Sequence record: PX907402.1
Length of the DNA stretch: 44,317 nt
Direction: 5' to 3' (one strand)
Origin: a phage
The notes under the pieces were generated by a model. It did not search any database, had not been told where the DNA came from, and saw only the letters and a program-made list of their open reading frames with translations. Shown piece after piece: positions 34,318-44,299 of the stretch; within the stretch, counting starts at the first letter, position 1; the number at the start of each line of letters is the position of its first letter. The position numbers and the translations under genes are program-made.

Positions 34318-34336
34318 GCCCCGAAAGGGGCTTTTT
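34318..34336 (+). terminator. Intrinsic terminator
   Basis: gcccc-gaaa-ggggc followed by TTTTT. Confidence 0.55.
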
Positions 34337-35006
34337 ATATCCCGTCCACGTTAATTGCGGTCAGCGCAACTCCGGTGTTTTGATACCCAGCGATGCTACC
34401 GGACCCAGCCTGCGTAGCGACTGCGTTAATGCGAGTGCCGCTTCCGTTGTCGTAAGCCCCGGCCCCTGCCGAGATCTGGATAATCTGCGGCTGCCCTTGT
34501 ACAAAGATCTGGATCAGAGTGGCGCCCATTAACATAGGTGATACCGCGTACTTACCCGGCAGCGTCTGGTCTATGTTTATCCCTCCGTTATTGCCGAAGC
34601 TGCCAACTGTGACTAAATCGGTGAGTACCTTGCTCTCGTTGGTGAGTATGCACGTCCCGCTGGCGTCCCAAATCGCGAAGCCCCATTTTGGCAGCGGTTG
34701 CGGGAATCGCGCGAATACGTACGCCGTGACGGTAAAATGCGGGTTATTCTGACCCTGAATACTTCCGCTAAATATAATCCGGTTACCTGATCGTGACGCC
34801 GCCAGGACGCAACGGTTATTGGACCGCATGAACACCATCGCCGGATAGTTCGCGGGGATATCCACGCCACCGCTTGCTGTTTTATAATCAGCACCGGCGT
34901 CCACTGAATTTGCCGACACCTTAGCGTAGAGGACGAACGGCGTTGAGTTTGGCGTGACGAATGGGTTGCCGTTGTTGTTATCGATTAACGCGCCGAAGTT
35001 TGCCAT
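34335..35006 (-). CDS. Tail-associated protein (hypothetical)
   Basis: 223 aa ORF between J-like gene and tail fibre. Confidence 0.45.
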   Translation of the reverse strand: MANFGALIDNNNGNPFVTPNSTPFVLYAKVSANSVDAGADYKTASGGVDIPANYPAMVFMRSNNRCVLAASRSGNRIIFSGSIQGQNNPHFTVTAYVFARFPQPLPKWGFAIWDASGTCILTNESKVLTDLVTVGSFGNNGGINIDQTLPGKYAVSPMLMGATLIQIFVQGQPQIIQISAGAGAYDNGSGTRINAVATQAGSGSIAGYQNTGVALTAINVDGI

Positions 35007-35008
35007 TT

Positions 35009-35312
35009 TTACGCTTTCTCCACAAAAACTACTACTTCACATTCTGACGCCGGGTAGTTTCCAATACCTACGCTGTTTGCGGCAGATACTGTTATCGTGT
35101 TCCCGCTGGCACGGATCGCCCTGCCGACCGTAGTGCCGCCTGCGTCCAGCGTAACCGCAAAACCTACTTTCATACCCGACGGAATATCGAACGACCACGC
35201 CCCCGTTGTTTGACCTTGTGTCAGTTTAATAATTCCGGCAACCGAAACGGGCTTGATCCCGTAGTTGTTTGGTCGCCCTTGCGCGTCCCATGTTGCTACA
35301 CCGAAAGCCATG
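35009..35312 (-). CDS. Hypothetical tail-region protein
   Basis: ATG 35312 after gggagg RBS. Confidence 0.4.
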
Positions 35313-35325
35313 CAATACCTCCCTA

Positions 35326-35344
35326 AGAAAGGGGCCGAAGCCCC
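35326..35344 (-). terminator. Intrinsic terminator after J-like gene
   Basis: ggggc-cgaa-gcccc followed by TTTCTT on minus strand. Confidence 0.4.
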
Positions 35345-35348
35345 TGTG

Positions 35349-38300
35349 CTACCAATAACCCGTGATTTCACCAATCTGCACGCGAAGCACGCCGTTTCCG
35401 TCCCTGACGCTGATTTGCGTGTTTGTCTGTTTCATCGCGCCGCCGTTGCCGGTTCCCAGGTTGATAAACGTTCCGTCTTTCCCTAAGCGCCAACCACGCG
35501 AGTAGCCGTCATAGTTATTCGATTGCAACGTGTCCGTAATCTGCGCGAAGTTGATAGTCGCGTCTTTGATGCGTGCCGTGTCAATATACACCGCGCCGCC
35601 GTCTACAATAAACGCGGACGAAAGCGACCCGTTAGATGGGTGCATGATGTAGAACTGGTCCGCCTTGAACGCGATGCGGGATTTAACCGCGCCACCTTCC
35701 GCAACAACTGAAAGCTGCATACCGGCGTCATAGTACGTCCCGTTATACGTCACGCCAGCCTTAAGGCTGTAAGTCGCGCTACCACCCGCGTGGTTAAACG
35801 AAGACGTCATCTTCTGCTCGATAGCTGCGGATTGCTGACCGAACTGCGCCGCGACCTGGGTCTTATACTCCGCCAGTGCGCCCGCTACGTCCGCCGTTGC
35901 CGTTTGTACCTGTTGGATGGCTGCTTCCTGTTCCGAAAACTTAGCGGCAACCGTTTGCTGGTACTGGGCGAACGCTTGTTCCTGCGTACTCTGCGCGGTC
36001 TGCAACGTGTGGATTGCCGCTTCCGCATCGTCAAGGCGAGTACCGATCAACGTTTCCAGTTGCGCTACCGCCTGGTGGGCATCTGCCGCCACGTTATACG
36101 CGACCGAGATTTCTGCATAAATCCCCTTGTACTCGGCGCGGGCGTTAAACAATTGCTGTGCGTCGGTGAGCATAGCCTCATAAATGCCTTGCGGCATGGT
36201 GTCGATCGCTTCCTGGAAGCGTTTACCGTCCTCAGAAGTCAAGAACTCGTCGTCCAGCCCCTTCATATACTCGTCAACATTGTCACTCACCTGCCCTTCA
36301 AACGGGGCAGACCAGTCCGACAGGTTGCCGATTTTATCCGCTACACGGGCGCGCAACTGCTGATAGATGCCGAACTCCAGCGACGTTTGCGCATACTCAG
36401 ACCCCGGGTATGGGACGTTGGTTAGGAATTTCCATTCCGTTTCACCCGTCTTGCGAACTTCAAGCTCGGTGTACGAAATATCCGTCGCGGCGTTGTTGTG
36501 GTTCCACTTCCACAAAATTTGGTGAAGGCCCGAAATCGCGTTGGTGATGATAGGCGCGTTAAGACCGCCGAGACGACCTTCCACCGGCGTGATAGCGGAC
36601 GACACCCACGGGGATGAAATCTCGCCCATACCGATCGCGCGGACGCGTGCCTGATAGTTACCGGAGAACACGTTAGGGATGTGCGCGCCGTTCGATGCCG
36701 TGCGGGGGATGTTTACCCAGTCGTTTCCCCACTGTACCGCCATATTCTGCAAGCTGGTACGTCGCCACTGGATCTCATAAACAACGGCATCCTTCACCGG
36801 CGGGAACACAATATCCACGTTGGTGATTAGCTGGCCTTGCGATGAAATCTGCGACGGGGTAATGGTCACGGACTCCGGACCCTTCATTACGCCGTCAGGA
36901 ACTTGCGTAAAGATGCCTGGGTCAAGGCGAGCGCCATTATCGACGGCATCATATTTGCTATCGTTGTACTCGATCCCGCGCACTGAAAAAGTGCTGGTAG
37001 AGTCGTCATATTCTAGGTCGGTGATGCGGAACTTCTGCAACTGGATATCGTCGCCATCAACGCAAAACGGCTGGTCTGGAATAGGGTCGGCGTCCAGTTC
37101 GGTTTTTAGCGTAACCTTGTTGCCGTTGACGCTGGCGATCTCGCGAGTCTCCACATTACCGCTATCGGTGCGTACCAGGAATTTATCACCTGGGCGGAAC
37201 GTGATTTCGCTGTCCGTGTTAAGCACGGTACGCGTGCCAGGGTCCGACAACAGGCGACCGCCGCGTGTCTCGAAGCCGCCAGAAATGTTTGTATCGGCGA
37301 TCGCGACTACGCTACCCGGAATAAAGAAAAGTCCCTCCATGCCAACCTTAAAGCTAACTTGCTGGTCAAGCTGGTTGGAGATTAGCGCCCAGTGCCCACG
37401 TCGTTGCGCTTCTGACTCACGCGTACAGCCGATCGCCGTTATATCCAGACGGTTAATCTTATGGCGGCGTACCAGTTCGACACGCTGTCCCGTAGCAATG
37501 GCATCTTCATAGTGGTTCTTCGGGTTGCCGTATGCTACCGCGAATGTGGAATACCGAGTTTTCTGGCTCCCTGACGCGTAGTCGAATCGACCATCAATGA
37601 CCGAGGCGTTGGTGATAGTGTGCGATACCGCTGCGACCGGCTGATCGCTTACAATATTCAACATCTGGTTGCCCCACCAGGTCATACCGGCAAAGATGGC
37701 GGCTAAATCCTTAAGCACGGTCCAGGCGTCGGTCTGCGACTGGATGTACATATCATTCTTAAATCGGATTTCCTGCCCGCCGTTGCCGTCGCTGACCAGT
37801 TGATCGCAGCGCTTCGCAATCTGGTAGAGCGCATATCTGTTTAGCATTTGCGGCTTGATCCGGCGACCGAGGCCGAAGCGCTCAGTAATACAAATATCAT
37901 ACCAGTGCCACGCAGGGTTATCCGTCCATGCGCGTTTAAACGTCCCGTCCCAGTCGCCCGAATAGGTATGGTTGATCGGGTCGTAGTTGTTCGGAACCAG
38001 CACTTTGCGGCCTTTGCACTTAATGGAAACGCGCGGGATGTTCTGGAACGCTTTAGCGTCGAACTCCACGAATAACAGCGCGGTTAGCGGGTAGCGCAGG
38101 CGGGCGTCGATAATCTCAGTAATTGATTGTACCTGAATATCGTTCACCACTTTCGCCGATGTGGAATCTGCCGTTGTGCGGTGAACTTCCACGCGCCAGC
38201 CGGTATTCACGTTCGGCGGTAACTCGATGCGGTGGTCGCGCTCGTACAGCGACATTGTTTTACCAACGGCAGCGAAGGTAAACTCACGCGGATCAGCGTT

Positions 38301-38768
38301 GTCCGTATACACAACGATTTTGTAGTCGATGCGCCCGCCCACCAGGTCGCCGTTGTCTTCGTTGGTGTACAGGGCCGGAATGCCGATTCGAATGCGCACG
38401 GCGTCAAGACTGGTGTCGTTAATCTGGCGCACCCACGGCGTGCCGTTTTCCAGTTTTACGCCTACGGATTGCTCACTTTCCACCGCTGAAAATCCGTGGA
38501 TCACGTCCTGGTGCTGTGTGCCTGGGCGGAACTCCACGCGCGCGCCGGGGAAGTTTTCCGACAGGTCGGCGTTCTGGATCGGAGTGCCGTCCAGATATAC
38601 ACGCTGCCGTAATTCGCTGTCGCTGGTAATACTTTCGAATTCCCCTTCCCCTAGCGCAAGCAAGATGCGAATTTTAGCCAGGGAATGCAGGCTATCCGGC
38701 GTTTCCTGCGGGGTGTGCTGTTTGCCGCCGCCGCCTTTATGCCCAGTGACGTCGTAGATAATCGTCAT
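35349..38768 (-). CDS. Tail tip / host specificity protein (lambda J-like)
   Basis: 1139 aa ORF directly after I-like gene; synteny and size. Confidence 0.8.
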   Translation of the reverse strand: MTIIYDVTGHKGGGGKQHTPQETPDSLHSLAKIRILLALGEGEFESITSDSELRQRVYLDGTPIQNADLSENFPGARVEFRPGTQHQDVIHGFSAVESEQSVGVKLENGTPWVRQINDTSLDAVRIRIGIPALYTNEDNGDLVGGRIDYKIVVYTDNADPREFTFAAVGKTMSLYERDHRIELPPNVNTGWRVEVHRTTADSTSAKVVNDIQVQSITEIIDARLRYPLTALLFVEFDAKAFQNIPRVSIKCKGRKVLVPNNYDPINHTYSGDWDGTFKRAWTDNPAWHWYDICITERFGLGRRIKPQMLNRYALYQIAKRCDQLVSDGNGGQEIRFKNDMYIQSQTDAWTVLKDLAAIFAGMTWWGNQMLNIVSDQPVAAVSHTITNASVIDGRFDYASGSQKTRYSTFAVAYGNPKNHYEDAIATGQRVELVRRHKINRLDITAIGCTRESEAQRRGHWALISNQLDQQVSFKVGMEGLFFIPGSVVAIADTNISGGFETRGGRLLSDPGTRTVLNTDSEITFRPGDKFLVRTDSGNVETREIASVNGNKVTLKTELDADPIPDQPFCVDGDDIQLQKFRITDLEYDDSTSTFSVRGIEYNDSKYDAVDNGARLDPGIFTQVPDGVMKGPESVTITPSQISSQGQLITNVDIVFPPVKDAVVYEIQWRRTSLQNMAVQWGNDWVNIPRTASNGAHIPNVFSGNYQARVRAIGMGEISSPWVSSAITPVEGRLGGLNAPIITNAISGLHQILWKWNHNNAATDISYTELEVRKTGETEWKFLTNVPYPGSEYAQTSLEFGIYQQLRARVADKIGNLSDWSAPFEGQVSDNVDEYMKGLDDEFLTSEDGKRFQEAIDTMPQGIYEAMLTDAQQLFNARAEYKGIYAEISVAYNVAADAHQAVAQLETLIGTRLDDAEAAIHTLQTAQSTQEQAFAQYQQTVAAKFSEQEAAIQQVQTATADVAGALAEYKTQVAAQFGQQSAAIEQKMTSSFNHAGGSATYSLKAGVTYNGTYYDAGMQLSVVAEGGAVKSRIAFKADQFYIMHPSNGSLSSAFIVDGGAVYIDTARIKDATINFAQITDTLQSNNYDGYSRGWRLGKDGTFINLGTGNGGAMKQTNTQISVRDGNGVLRVQIGEITGYW

Positions 38769-39382
38769 TCGTTCAAGTCCTCGGTTACGATTCCGGCTGA
38801 AATAATAGCGCCGCCGATCTCACGCTCGCCCCATAATACACCAAGCGCCGTACCTTGCGCGGTCGTGTTTACCGGGCCGCCGAACGCATACGACGCTTTG
38901 TTATCCACGTCCTGCCGTGTCTGCAATCCTTTCGGTTGTGGCGACAGCAATTGCATAACGCCGCCCAGCGCCATCGACATCCCGAACGAAAACGTCGCTG
39001 CGCCGATAGAGGCCGCGGTCGCCGCTGAAGCTCCAAAAGCGGCAGTCGCAAGCCCGCCGGTATAGAACGACGCCACCACGATTGCTACACCCGCCAGCAA
39101 TTGGCCCAGTCCGCTTTTTGCACCAGTTATAACCGGCGCGATGGTCACTACGCGATTGCCGTGGAACTCTCCTAGCTCATCGTAGCCGGTCAGAGTGTGA
39201 TTGCCCTTGCGCACTTTGAACATCATGTTGTCCAGGTGGGCCGACATTAGAAAGTCCTGTAAGCCGGGTAACTTCACGCACAGGCCGGTGATACCCTCGC
39301 CCGGTGTGAAGCAGTCCAGCTTATGCACTTTACCAAAACGACGTCCTAAGACGCCGTACAATTTAAATGTGGTCATTGCCAT
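38765..39382 (-). CDS. Tail assembly protein (lambda I-like)
   Basis: 205 aa with Gly/Ala-rich hydrophobic C-terminal half; synteny. Confidence 0.65.
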   Translation of the reverse strand: MAMTTFKLYGVLGRRFGKVHKLDCFTPGEGITGLCVKLPGLQDFLMSAHLDNMMFKVRKGNHTLTGYDELGEFHGNRVVTIAPVITGAKSGLGQLLAGVAIVVASFYTGGLATAAFGASAATAASIGAATFSFGMSMALGGVMQLLSPQPKGLQTRQDVDNKASYAFGGPVNTTAQGTALGVLWGEREIGGAIISAGIVTEDLNE

Positions 39383-40113
39383 TCTGTGATATTCCCCGGT
39401 AGGTCTTTATGACGTACCCATTTAACCACATTGTCGCGGAAAAATCCTGCCCGGAAGGGTATCACGCTCGACAGGCTGCCGTAGATATGGTGTAGTAGTT
39501 GGTTGCCAGGAAGGTAGATTCCGGCATGGTTAGGCACTGGCGCGCTAATCTGCATGATGACCATCGCCCCAGGCGTATTCTCCTCGCATTCCCTGAAGCC
39601 TGCACCGTACCAGTTATCCATGTACAGGTTCTCCCCGGTCTCCCACCAGTTGTACGGCACGCGGAAGTCTGGCAAATTTACTCCCTGCTTTTTGTGCCAG
39701 TCCATAACGAGGCCATAACAATCCGTAATTCCGAGAACAAATCGGCGACCCACCAGCGGCGGGTCTTCCGGGTCGATCTCGATAAAGTCGCCATATTCGT
39801 TAGTGATGGTCCAGACGACGCCGCTGCCGTTGCATCCGTTAACGTCGCCCAACGACGGGGTTAACTCGCGCTGACCTGGGTGCGAGTGGACTACGCGCAC
39901 TACGTCACCCATATCCTCGGCATCCATCCAGGCCATATCGCTAATCGTGAAAGCGTCTTTGCGTGAGCGCACGCCGGTAGGGTCTTCAAACACGTTAAGG
40001 CACGGGACGAATACTTGCTTACGGCCCACCATGACGACAAGGCCGCAGGCTTCTTCCGGCAGACATGCCGCGACATGTGCGGCGATATCGCTTTTAACCT
40101 TTTTCGTCAGCAT
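39373..40113 (-). CDS. Tail assembly protein (lambda K-like, JAB/MPN plus NlpC/P60-like)
   Basis: VVHSHP motif and Cys/His segments; synteny. Confidence 0.7.
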   Translation of the reverse strand: MLTKKVKSDIAAHVAACLPEEACGLVVMVGRKQVFVPCLNVFEDPTGVRSRKDAFTISDMAWMDAEDMGDVVRVVHSHPGQRELTPSLGDVNGCNGSGVVWTITNEYGDFIEIDPEDPPLVGRRFVLGITDCYGLVMDWHKKQGVNLPDFRVPYNWWETGENLYMDNWYGAGFRECEENTPGAMVIMQISAPVPNHAGIYLPGNQLLHHIYGSLSSVIPFRAGFFRDNVVKWVRHKDLPGNITEWQ

Positions 40114-40115
40114 GG

Positions 40116-40904
40116 CTACCCCTTAATTAATTTGGACCCAGGAAAACCGCCGAAGTCCAGCACAGCCGCTTTTGGGTCCGCAAGACCTTGACCAAAACGA
40201 AGATAGCAGTCCGACAAGCATCCGCCGCAGCGGTCCATATTCATTGCGATGACTTCGTTTCCGCGCTCATCGTAATATTTGATACCGGGCTTCGCAAGGT
40301 TCCACGTGCAGCCGTCCCCGCTGGCGTACTTCCCATTTAACGCCCATTCGCACATGTTCATGATCTGGCGGCGTGGAACTACTTGCCCCTCCATATCCGC
40401 GGGTGAGGATAATGCGAAGGTTATTTGCTTGCCAGGATTGCGCCCGACCTGTGAGTCGATGTAATACTCCTGGACACGTTTTTGCGTCGGGTCTGGATCC
40501 GACCCGTTATCCAGGAACTTAGCGAACGTGTCGATTATTTCAACCTTCGCGCCCAGTAGCTGGTCGTGATTCAGCGACAACCGGGTGATTATGCCGCCAA
40601 TATCGACAATAGTTAGCTGCGGTTCTGCTGCCGTTGATGTGGAGAAGTTAAGGCCGGAAAGATCGAAGGGCCAAAATTCGAACTCCTGCCCGCCGAAGAA
40701 GATGGATTTAGGTTTTAGCTTGTCCTCGTCACCGCCTGCGGCGGCAATATCCTCGGCAGTGTGCGGAATAAAGCAATAGTGAAAATAGTGATGACCCGCG
40801 CCGATCGCGCCGTCGCCTGGTTCCACGTCCTGCGCGTCAATGTGAATCAGGCGAACGCGACCCGATGGGTCAAAGCGCGTCGCCTCGCGATAAAGTTTAT
40901 TCAT
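40116..40904 (-). CDS. Minor tail protein (lambda L-like)
   Basis: C-terminal Cys cluster DRCGGCLSDCYLRFG; synteny. Confidence 0.7.
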   Translation of the reverse strand: MNKLYREATRFDPSGRVRLIHIDAQDVEPGDGAIGAGHHYFHYCFIPHTAEDIAAAGGDEDKLKPKSIFFGGQEFEFWPFDLSGLNFSTSTAAEPQLTIVDIGGIITRLSLNHDQLLGAKVEIIDTFAKFLDNGSDPDPTQKRVQEYYIDSQVGRNPGKQITFALSSPADMEGQVVPRRQIMNMCEWALNGKYASGDGCTWNLAKPGIKYYDERGNEVIAMNMDRCGGCLSDCYLRFGQGLADPKAAVLDFGGFPGSKLIKG

Positions 40905-41500
40905 CTTACAAATCCGATAGCAGTCTTAAGGGTGGCGGATACCGTTGCCGTGTAGTGCCCGTTGTCAGTGTACGACAAGCTCGAACGCTCGACCACGAAT
41001 AAACCTGTTTCGCCATCCGGTGCTGTGACGACAAACGGTTTTACGAAGTGCCCACGGAGGAAGTTGTAAACCAGCTTAGGGTTACACCACTTGTCGGTAG
41101 TAAGTCCGACGAATTGCACGGGGAACTGTTTCGTTTCGGCGTTCGGGCCGTCCGCGATGTTCTGTCCGTAGCCATTACCGAATTGCAATTCCTCCGACCG
41201 GAAAGCCAACTGCACGTCTCCGCCGCCTTGCAATTGCATGTGCCAGTAATAGGGCCATTCGTTTGACCGCGGGTCGTGCGCTTCGATTAACTCATAAGCC
41301 GCACCGGCTTTTGTCGGGCCTGCCCAGTTATCCGCCAGGGTGATGACGGTGTTAGAGTTGAATGCCGCAATTTTGCCGGTGTAGTCGTTGCCGTCGATGC
41401 GGGCGAATACGAGGACCTTCCCGACCTCGCTCAAGAACGCCGTCCCCGCGCCCGTGACGGTCTTACTTCCGTTCGTTAGTGTGATTGTACCTTGTGCCAT
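40901..41500 (-). CDS. Minor tail protein in lambda M position, N-terminus paralogous to tail fibre
   Basis: MAQGTITLTNGSKTVTGAGTAF vs tail fibre MAAGTLSVTNNSKAVVGVGTTF. Confidence 0.5.
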   Translation of the reverse strand: MAQGTITLTNGSKTVTGAGTAFLSEVGKVLVFARIDGNDYTGKIAAFNSNTVITLADNWAGPTKAGAAYELIEAHDPRSNEWPYYWHMQLQGGGDVQLAFRSEELQFGNGYGQNIADGPNAETKQFPVQFVGLTTDKWCNPKLVYNFLRGHFVKPFVVTAPDGETGLFVVERSSLSYTDNGHYTATVSATLKTAIGFVR

Positions 41501-41501
41501 A

Positions 41502-41529
41502 GAAAAGCCCCCACGATGGATGTGGGGGC
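41502..41529 (-). terminator. Hairpin with T-rich tail after tape measure gene
   Basis: gcccccac-gatggat-gtgggggc followed by TTTTCT on minus strand. Confidence 0.35.
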
Positions 41530-41536
41530 CATTTTA

Positions 41537-44179
41537 TCATCGTTTGTAAAGTACACCACCCGGTTTCGTCGCCTTCACGATCTCGGACTTCACCGCCTCG
41601 GTGATTTGCTTGCCGAACGCCTGCGCGGTACGGGGGTCCGGCCCGCTGACACTGGTATCCGTTTTACCGGTCCCCGTGTAAACGTTAGTCGTCACGACCA
41701 TACCACCGCCTGCGCCAGACGCAGCAACGCCCAGTTTACCGTCAGGCCCGCGCTTCAGTGGCATGATGGCCTCGGGGCCAGCCTCGCCCATCAATCCCGC
41801 GCCCTTAGCGAACGCCTGGACGCCATAACTGAAAAAGGTAGGCTGGCTTACCACTTTCCCCGAATAGGCCGCGAGATTGCCTCCTGCGTACGCTCCGCCG
41901 TCCGCATTCTTAGTCAGGCCCGAGAAGATAGCGCCGAACAATCCGTTTTTGCCGCCGTCACCACCGAAAGCGCTAACGATAGACTTGAAAGCCTGCGAGG
42001 TAGCCAGCTTGATTAACTCGCTCAGGATGGACTTAACCATATCCTTTGCGTTCAGCTTGCCCGTCTCGAAAAACTCGTTCATCGTGTCTTGCATAGCGCT
42101 GAACGTGAATTTTGTGAGCGACGTCATCTGCGTATATCCGTTACCCATATCATCCACACTATCCTTAAGCCCGCGGCTGAAGCCATCCCATAGCGAGGCG
42201 TTAGCACCGGTCTGTGCTTCCTGCACTTCACGCAGCTTAGACACCGCCTTGTCTATATCGGTATCGTTAGCGCCAACCCGCTTCAGGCGGTCAATTAGCT
42301 GCAATTCTTCACGCAGGTTTGCCGCTTCGCGAGTGGAAAGCGCATAGCCCGCGGCGGTGGCTTTTAGTTCGGCGTTCTGGTTCTTAACGAAGGCATCGAT
42401 CTGCGCGTGCGCCTTAACCTGCTTCTCTTTCGCGTCCAGTAGTTTGGCTTCTTCGACGATCTGCTCGCGCACTTCCTTCACGCGTCCGAATTCGACCATC
42501 TGCTGCTTCTCTGCTGCCGTTAGCGCCCTTTGTTTGCTCGCGGCGATTAACTGCTCATTGTCGGCAATCAGCTTGTTTAAGGCCGCTTGAGCGCGTTGCG
42601 TGCGGGTCTGCGTAGACGCGTTGGCTTCGATCTGCTTGCCGGATTCTCGAAGCTGGGCCAGTTCGCTCCGTGCGACTTCCAGCATTTTCATACCGGCATC
42701 CACGCGAACAGCCGCGGCCTTCTTCGGGGCGGGGTCTTTGTAGCGCTCGTTTACCTGCTTCACCGCCTCCGCAAGCTCTTTCTCGTCAATAACGCCGCGC
42801 TTATTCAGCAAATTGAGGCGGGCGATCTCGTCTGCACGCTTTTTCGCGTTGGTTGCGTACTCCTTCTCGAACGCAGCGCGGTCGCGGGCGGTGCGGTTAG
42901 CCTCCTCGTTCGCCTTTGCGGATTCGTCTGCGGCGCGGGCGTTGTCTCGCTCCGCACGGTTACGCAGGGTGAGCGACGCCACCACTTTTTCCTGGGCGAC
43001 CAGTTCGCTGTAAAGCATGTTAATACGCGCTTTCTGCGCTTCGGTCATAACTCCACCGGCAGCGTTTACCGCTTTCATCTCGGCATAGTAAGCCGTGGTC
43101 ATGCGCTGCAATGATTCACGCGCTTTCATCTCGGACTCATTCGAGGACTGCGCGCGGCCCACATCCAGGATGGCATCCCACATCGATTTAGCTGCCGATG
43201 TGACGACGTTCATCGACCGCTCAAGCGTGCCCATGTTTGACTTGATCTCATTGGTCATGCTGGTGAACGACGCAGCGGCGGTTTTGTTAGCCAACGCAAC
43301 TGCGTCTGTCTCACGACCCGCATCAACCAGCGACTGCACCTGCTGGATCTGCGCTTCGTTTACGACGTGATACTTATCCGCCAGTGCGCGCAAGCCGCCC
43401 ACGGGGTCAGTGGAGAGCTTCGCCACCGCCGCCACCACATCCTCGATCGGCTGGCTGGACACCTTCGCAAAGTCATTAACTACCTTAGCCAATGCGCCGA
43501 AGTCACCACCCGCTTTCACCCCCGCCGCCGCCAGCGCCTGGATTGTGTCACGCGTCTTGCGAAATGACCCGCCCATGCGCTCGGCGTTCTCGGACAGCAC
43601 CAGGATCTGGTTAGCGGTGAGGCCAGAGATATTACCAGACAGCGCCAGCGTCTTATTAAGCGCTGCGACCTGGTTCTCTGCTCGGGACGTAATTGCCACC
43701 CCTACGCCGAGCGTTGCCGTTAATGCAGCGATGCCGATCCCTAACGGGCCGAGTGTGCCAACGACATAACGCAGCGTGTTTCCCAGTCCGCCAAACGCCC
43801 CAGTAAGCTGCGGTAACTGCTGAAGCATAACGCGGTGCACCGGCATACCCATCTCAAGCGTAACCGCGATATCCTGTAACTGGAATGCGGCGTTCCGCGA
43901 TGCGAATCCCAGGTTTTTGGTCGACATGCCTAATCGGCTGGCGAGTCGCTCCTGTTTCGTCATGCCGTCGGCGGCGCGCTGCGATTCAGTCGCTAACTTT
44001 TCCATTCCGCCAGCAGCGTCGCCAGTAACCTTTTTCGACTTGCCAAGTGTGTCGTTTAATTTTTTTACTTTCTGTTCTGTGTTCTCGGATTTCTGCGCAA
44101 ATGTGTCCAGCACAGTATTAGCCGTTTTAATTTGCGCGACGTCCGCCTTGAGCGTGATGCCCGCTGCTTGATCTGCCAT
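41537..44179 (-). CDS. Tail tape measure protein
   Basis: 880 aa, A/K/E-rich coiled-coil, Gly-rich C-terminal segment; between chaperones and tail tip genes. Confidence 0.85.
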   Translation of the reverse strand: MADQAAGITLKADVAQIKTANTVLDTFAQKSENTEQKVKKLNDTLGKSKKVTGDAAGGMEKLATESQRAADGMTKQERLASRLGMSTKNLGFASRNAAFQLQDIAVTLEMGMPVHRVMLQQLPQLTGAFGGLGNTLRYVVGTLGPLGIGIAALTATLGVGVAITSRAENQVAALNKTLALSGNISGLTANQILVLSENAERMGGSFRKTRDTIQALAAAGVKAGGDFGALAKVVNDFAKVSSQPIEDVVAAVAKLSTDPVGGLRALADKYHVVNEAQIQQVQSLVDAGRETDAVALANKTAAASFTSMTNEIKSNMGTLERSMNVVTSAAKSMWDAILDVGRAQSSNESEMKARESLQRMTTAYYAEMKAVNAAGGVMTEAQKARINMLYSELVAQEKVVASLTLRNRAERDNARAADESAKANEEANRTARDRAAFEKEYATNAKKRADEIARLNLLNKRGVIDEKELAEAVKQVNERYKDPAPKKAAAVRVDAGMKMLEVARSELAQLRESGKQIEANASTQTRTQRAQAALNKLIADNEQLIAASKQRALTAAEKQQMVEFGRVKEVREQIVEEAKLLDAKEKQVKAHAQIDAFVKNQNAELKATAAGYALSTREAANLREELQLIDRLKRVGANDTDIDKAVSKLREVQEAQTGANASLWDGFSRGLKDSVDDMGNGYTQMTSLTKFTFSAMQDTMNEFFETGKLNAKDMVKSILSELIKLATSQAFKSIVSAFGGDGGKNGLFGAIFSGLTKNADGGAYAGGNLAAYSGKVVSQPTFFSYGVQAFAKGAGLMGEAGPEAIMPLKRGPDGKLGVAASGAGGGMVVTTNVYTGTGKTDTSVSGPDPRTAQAFGKQITEAVKSEIVKATKPGGVLYKR

Positions 44180-44247
44180 TATGCAGTCCCCCTTTTTATG
44201 CAGTTGCCGTCGGTCATTGTATCAGCGAATTTAAAACAAACCTTATT

Positions 44248-44299
44248 CAGTCTCAGACGAGGGGGGCCATTGACCCCCGTCTAGTCTGAAAGACTGGGG
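44248..44299. repeat. Composite element copy A: conserved GC-rich hairpin
   Basis: 51 of 52 nt identical to 16323-16374. Confidence 0.7.
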
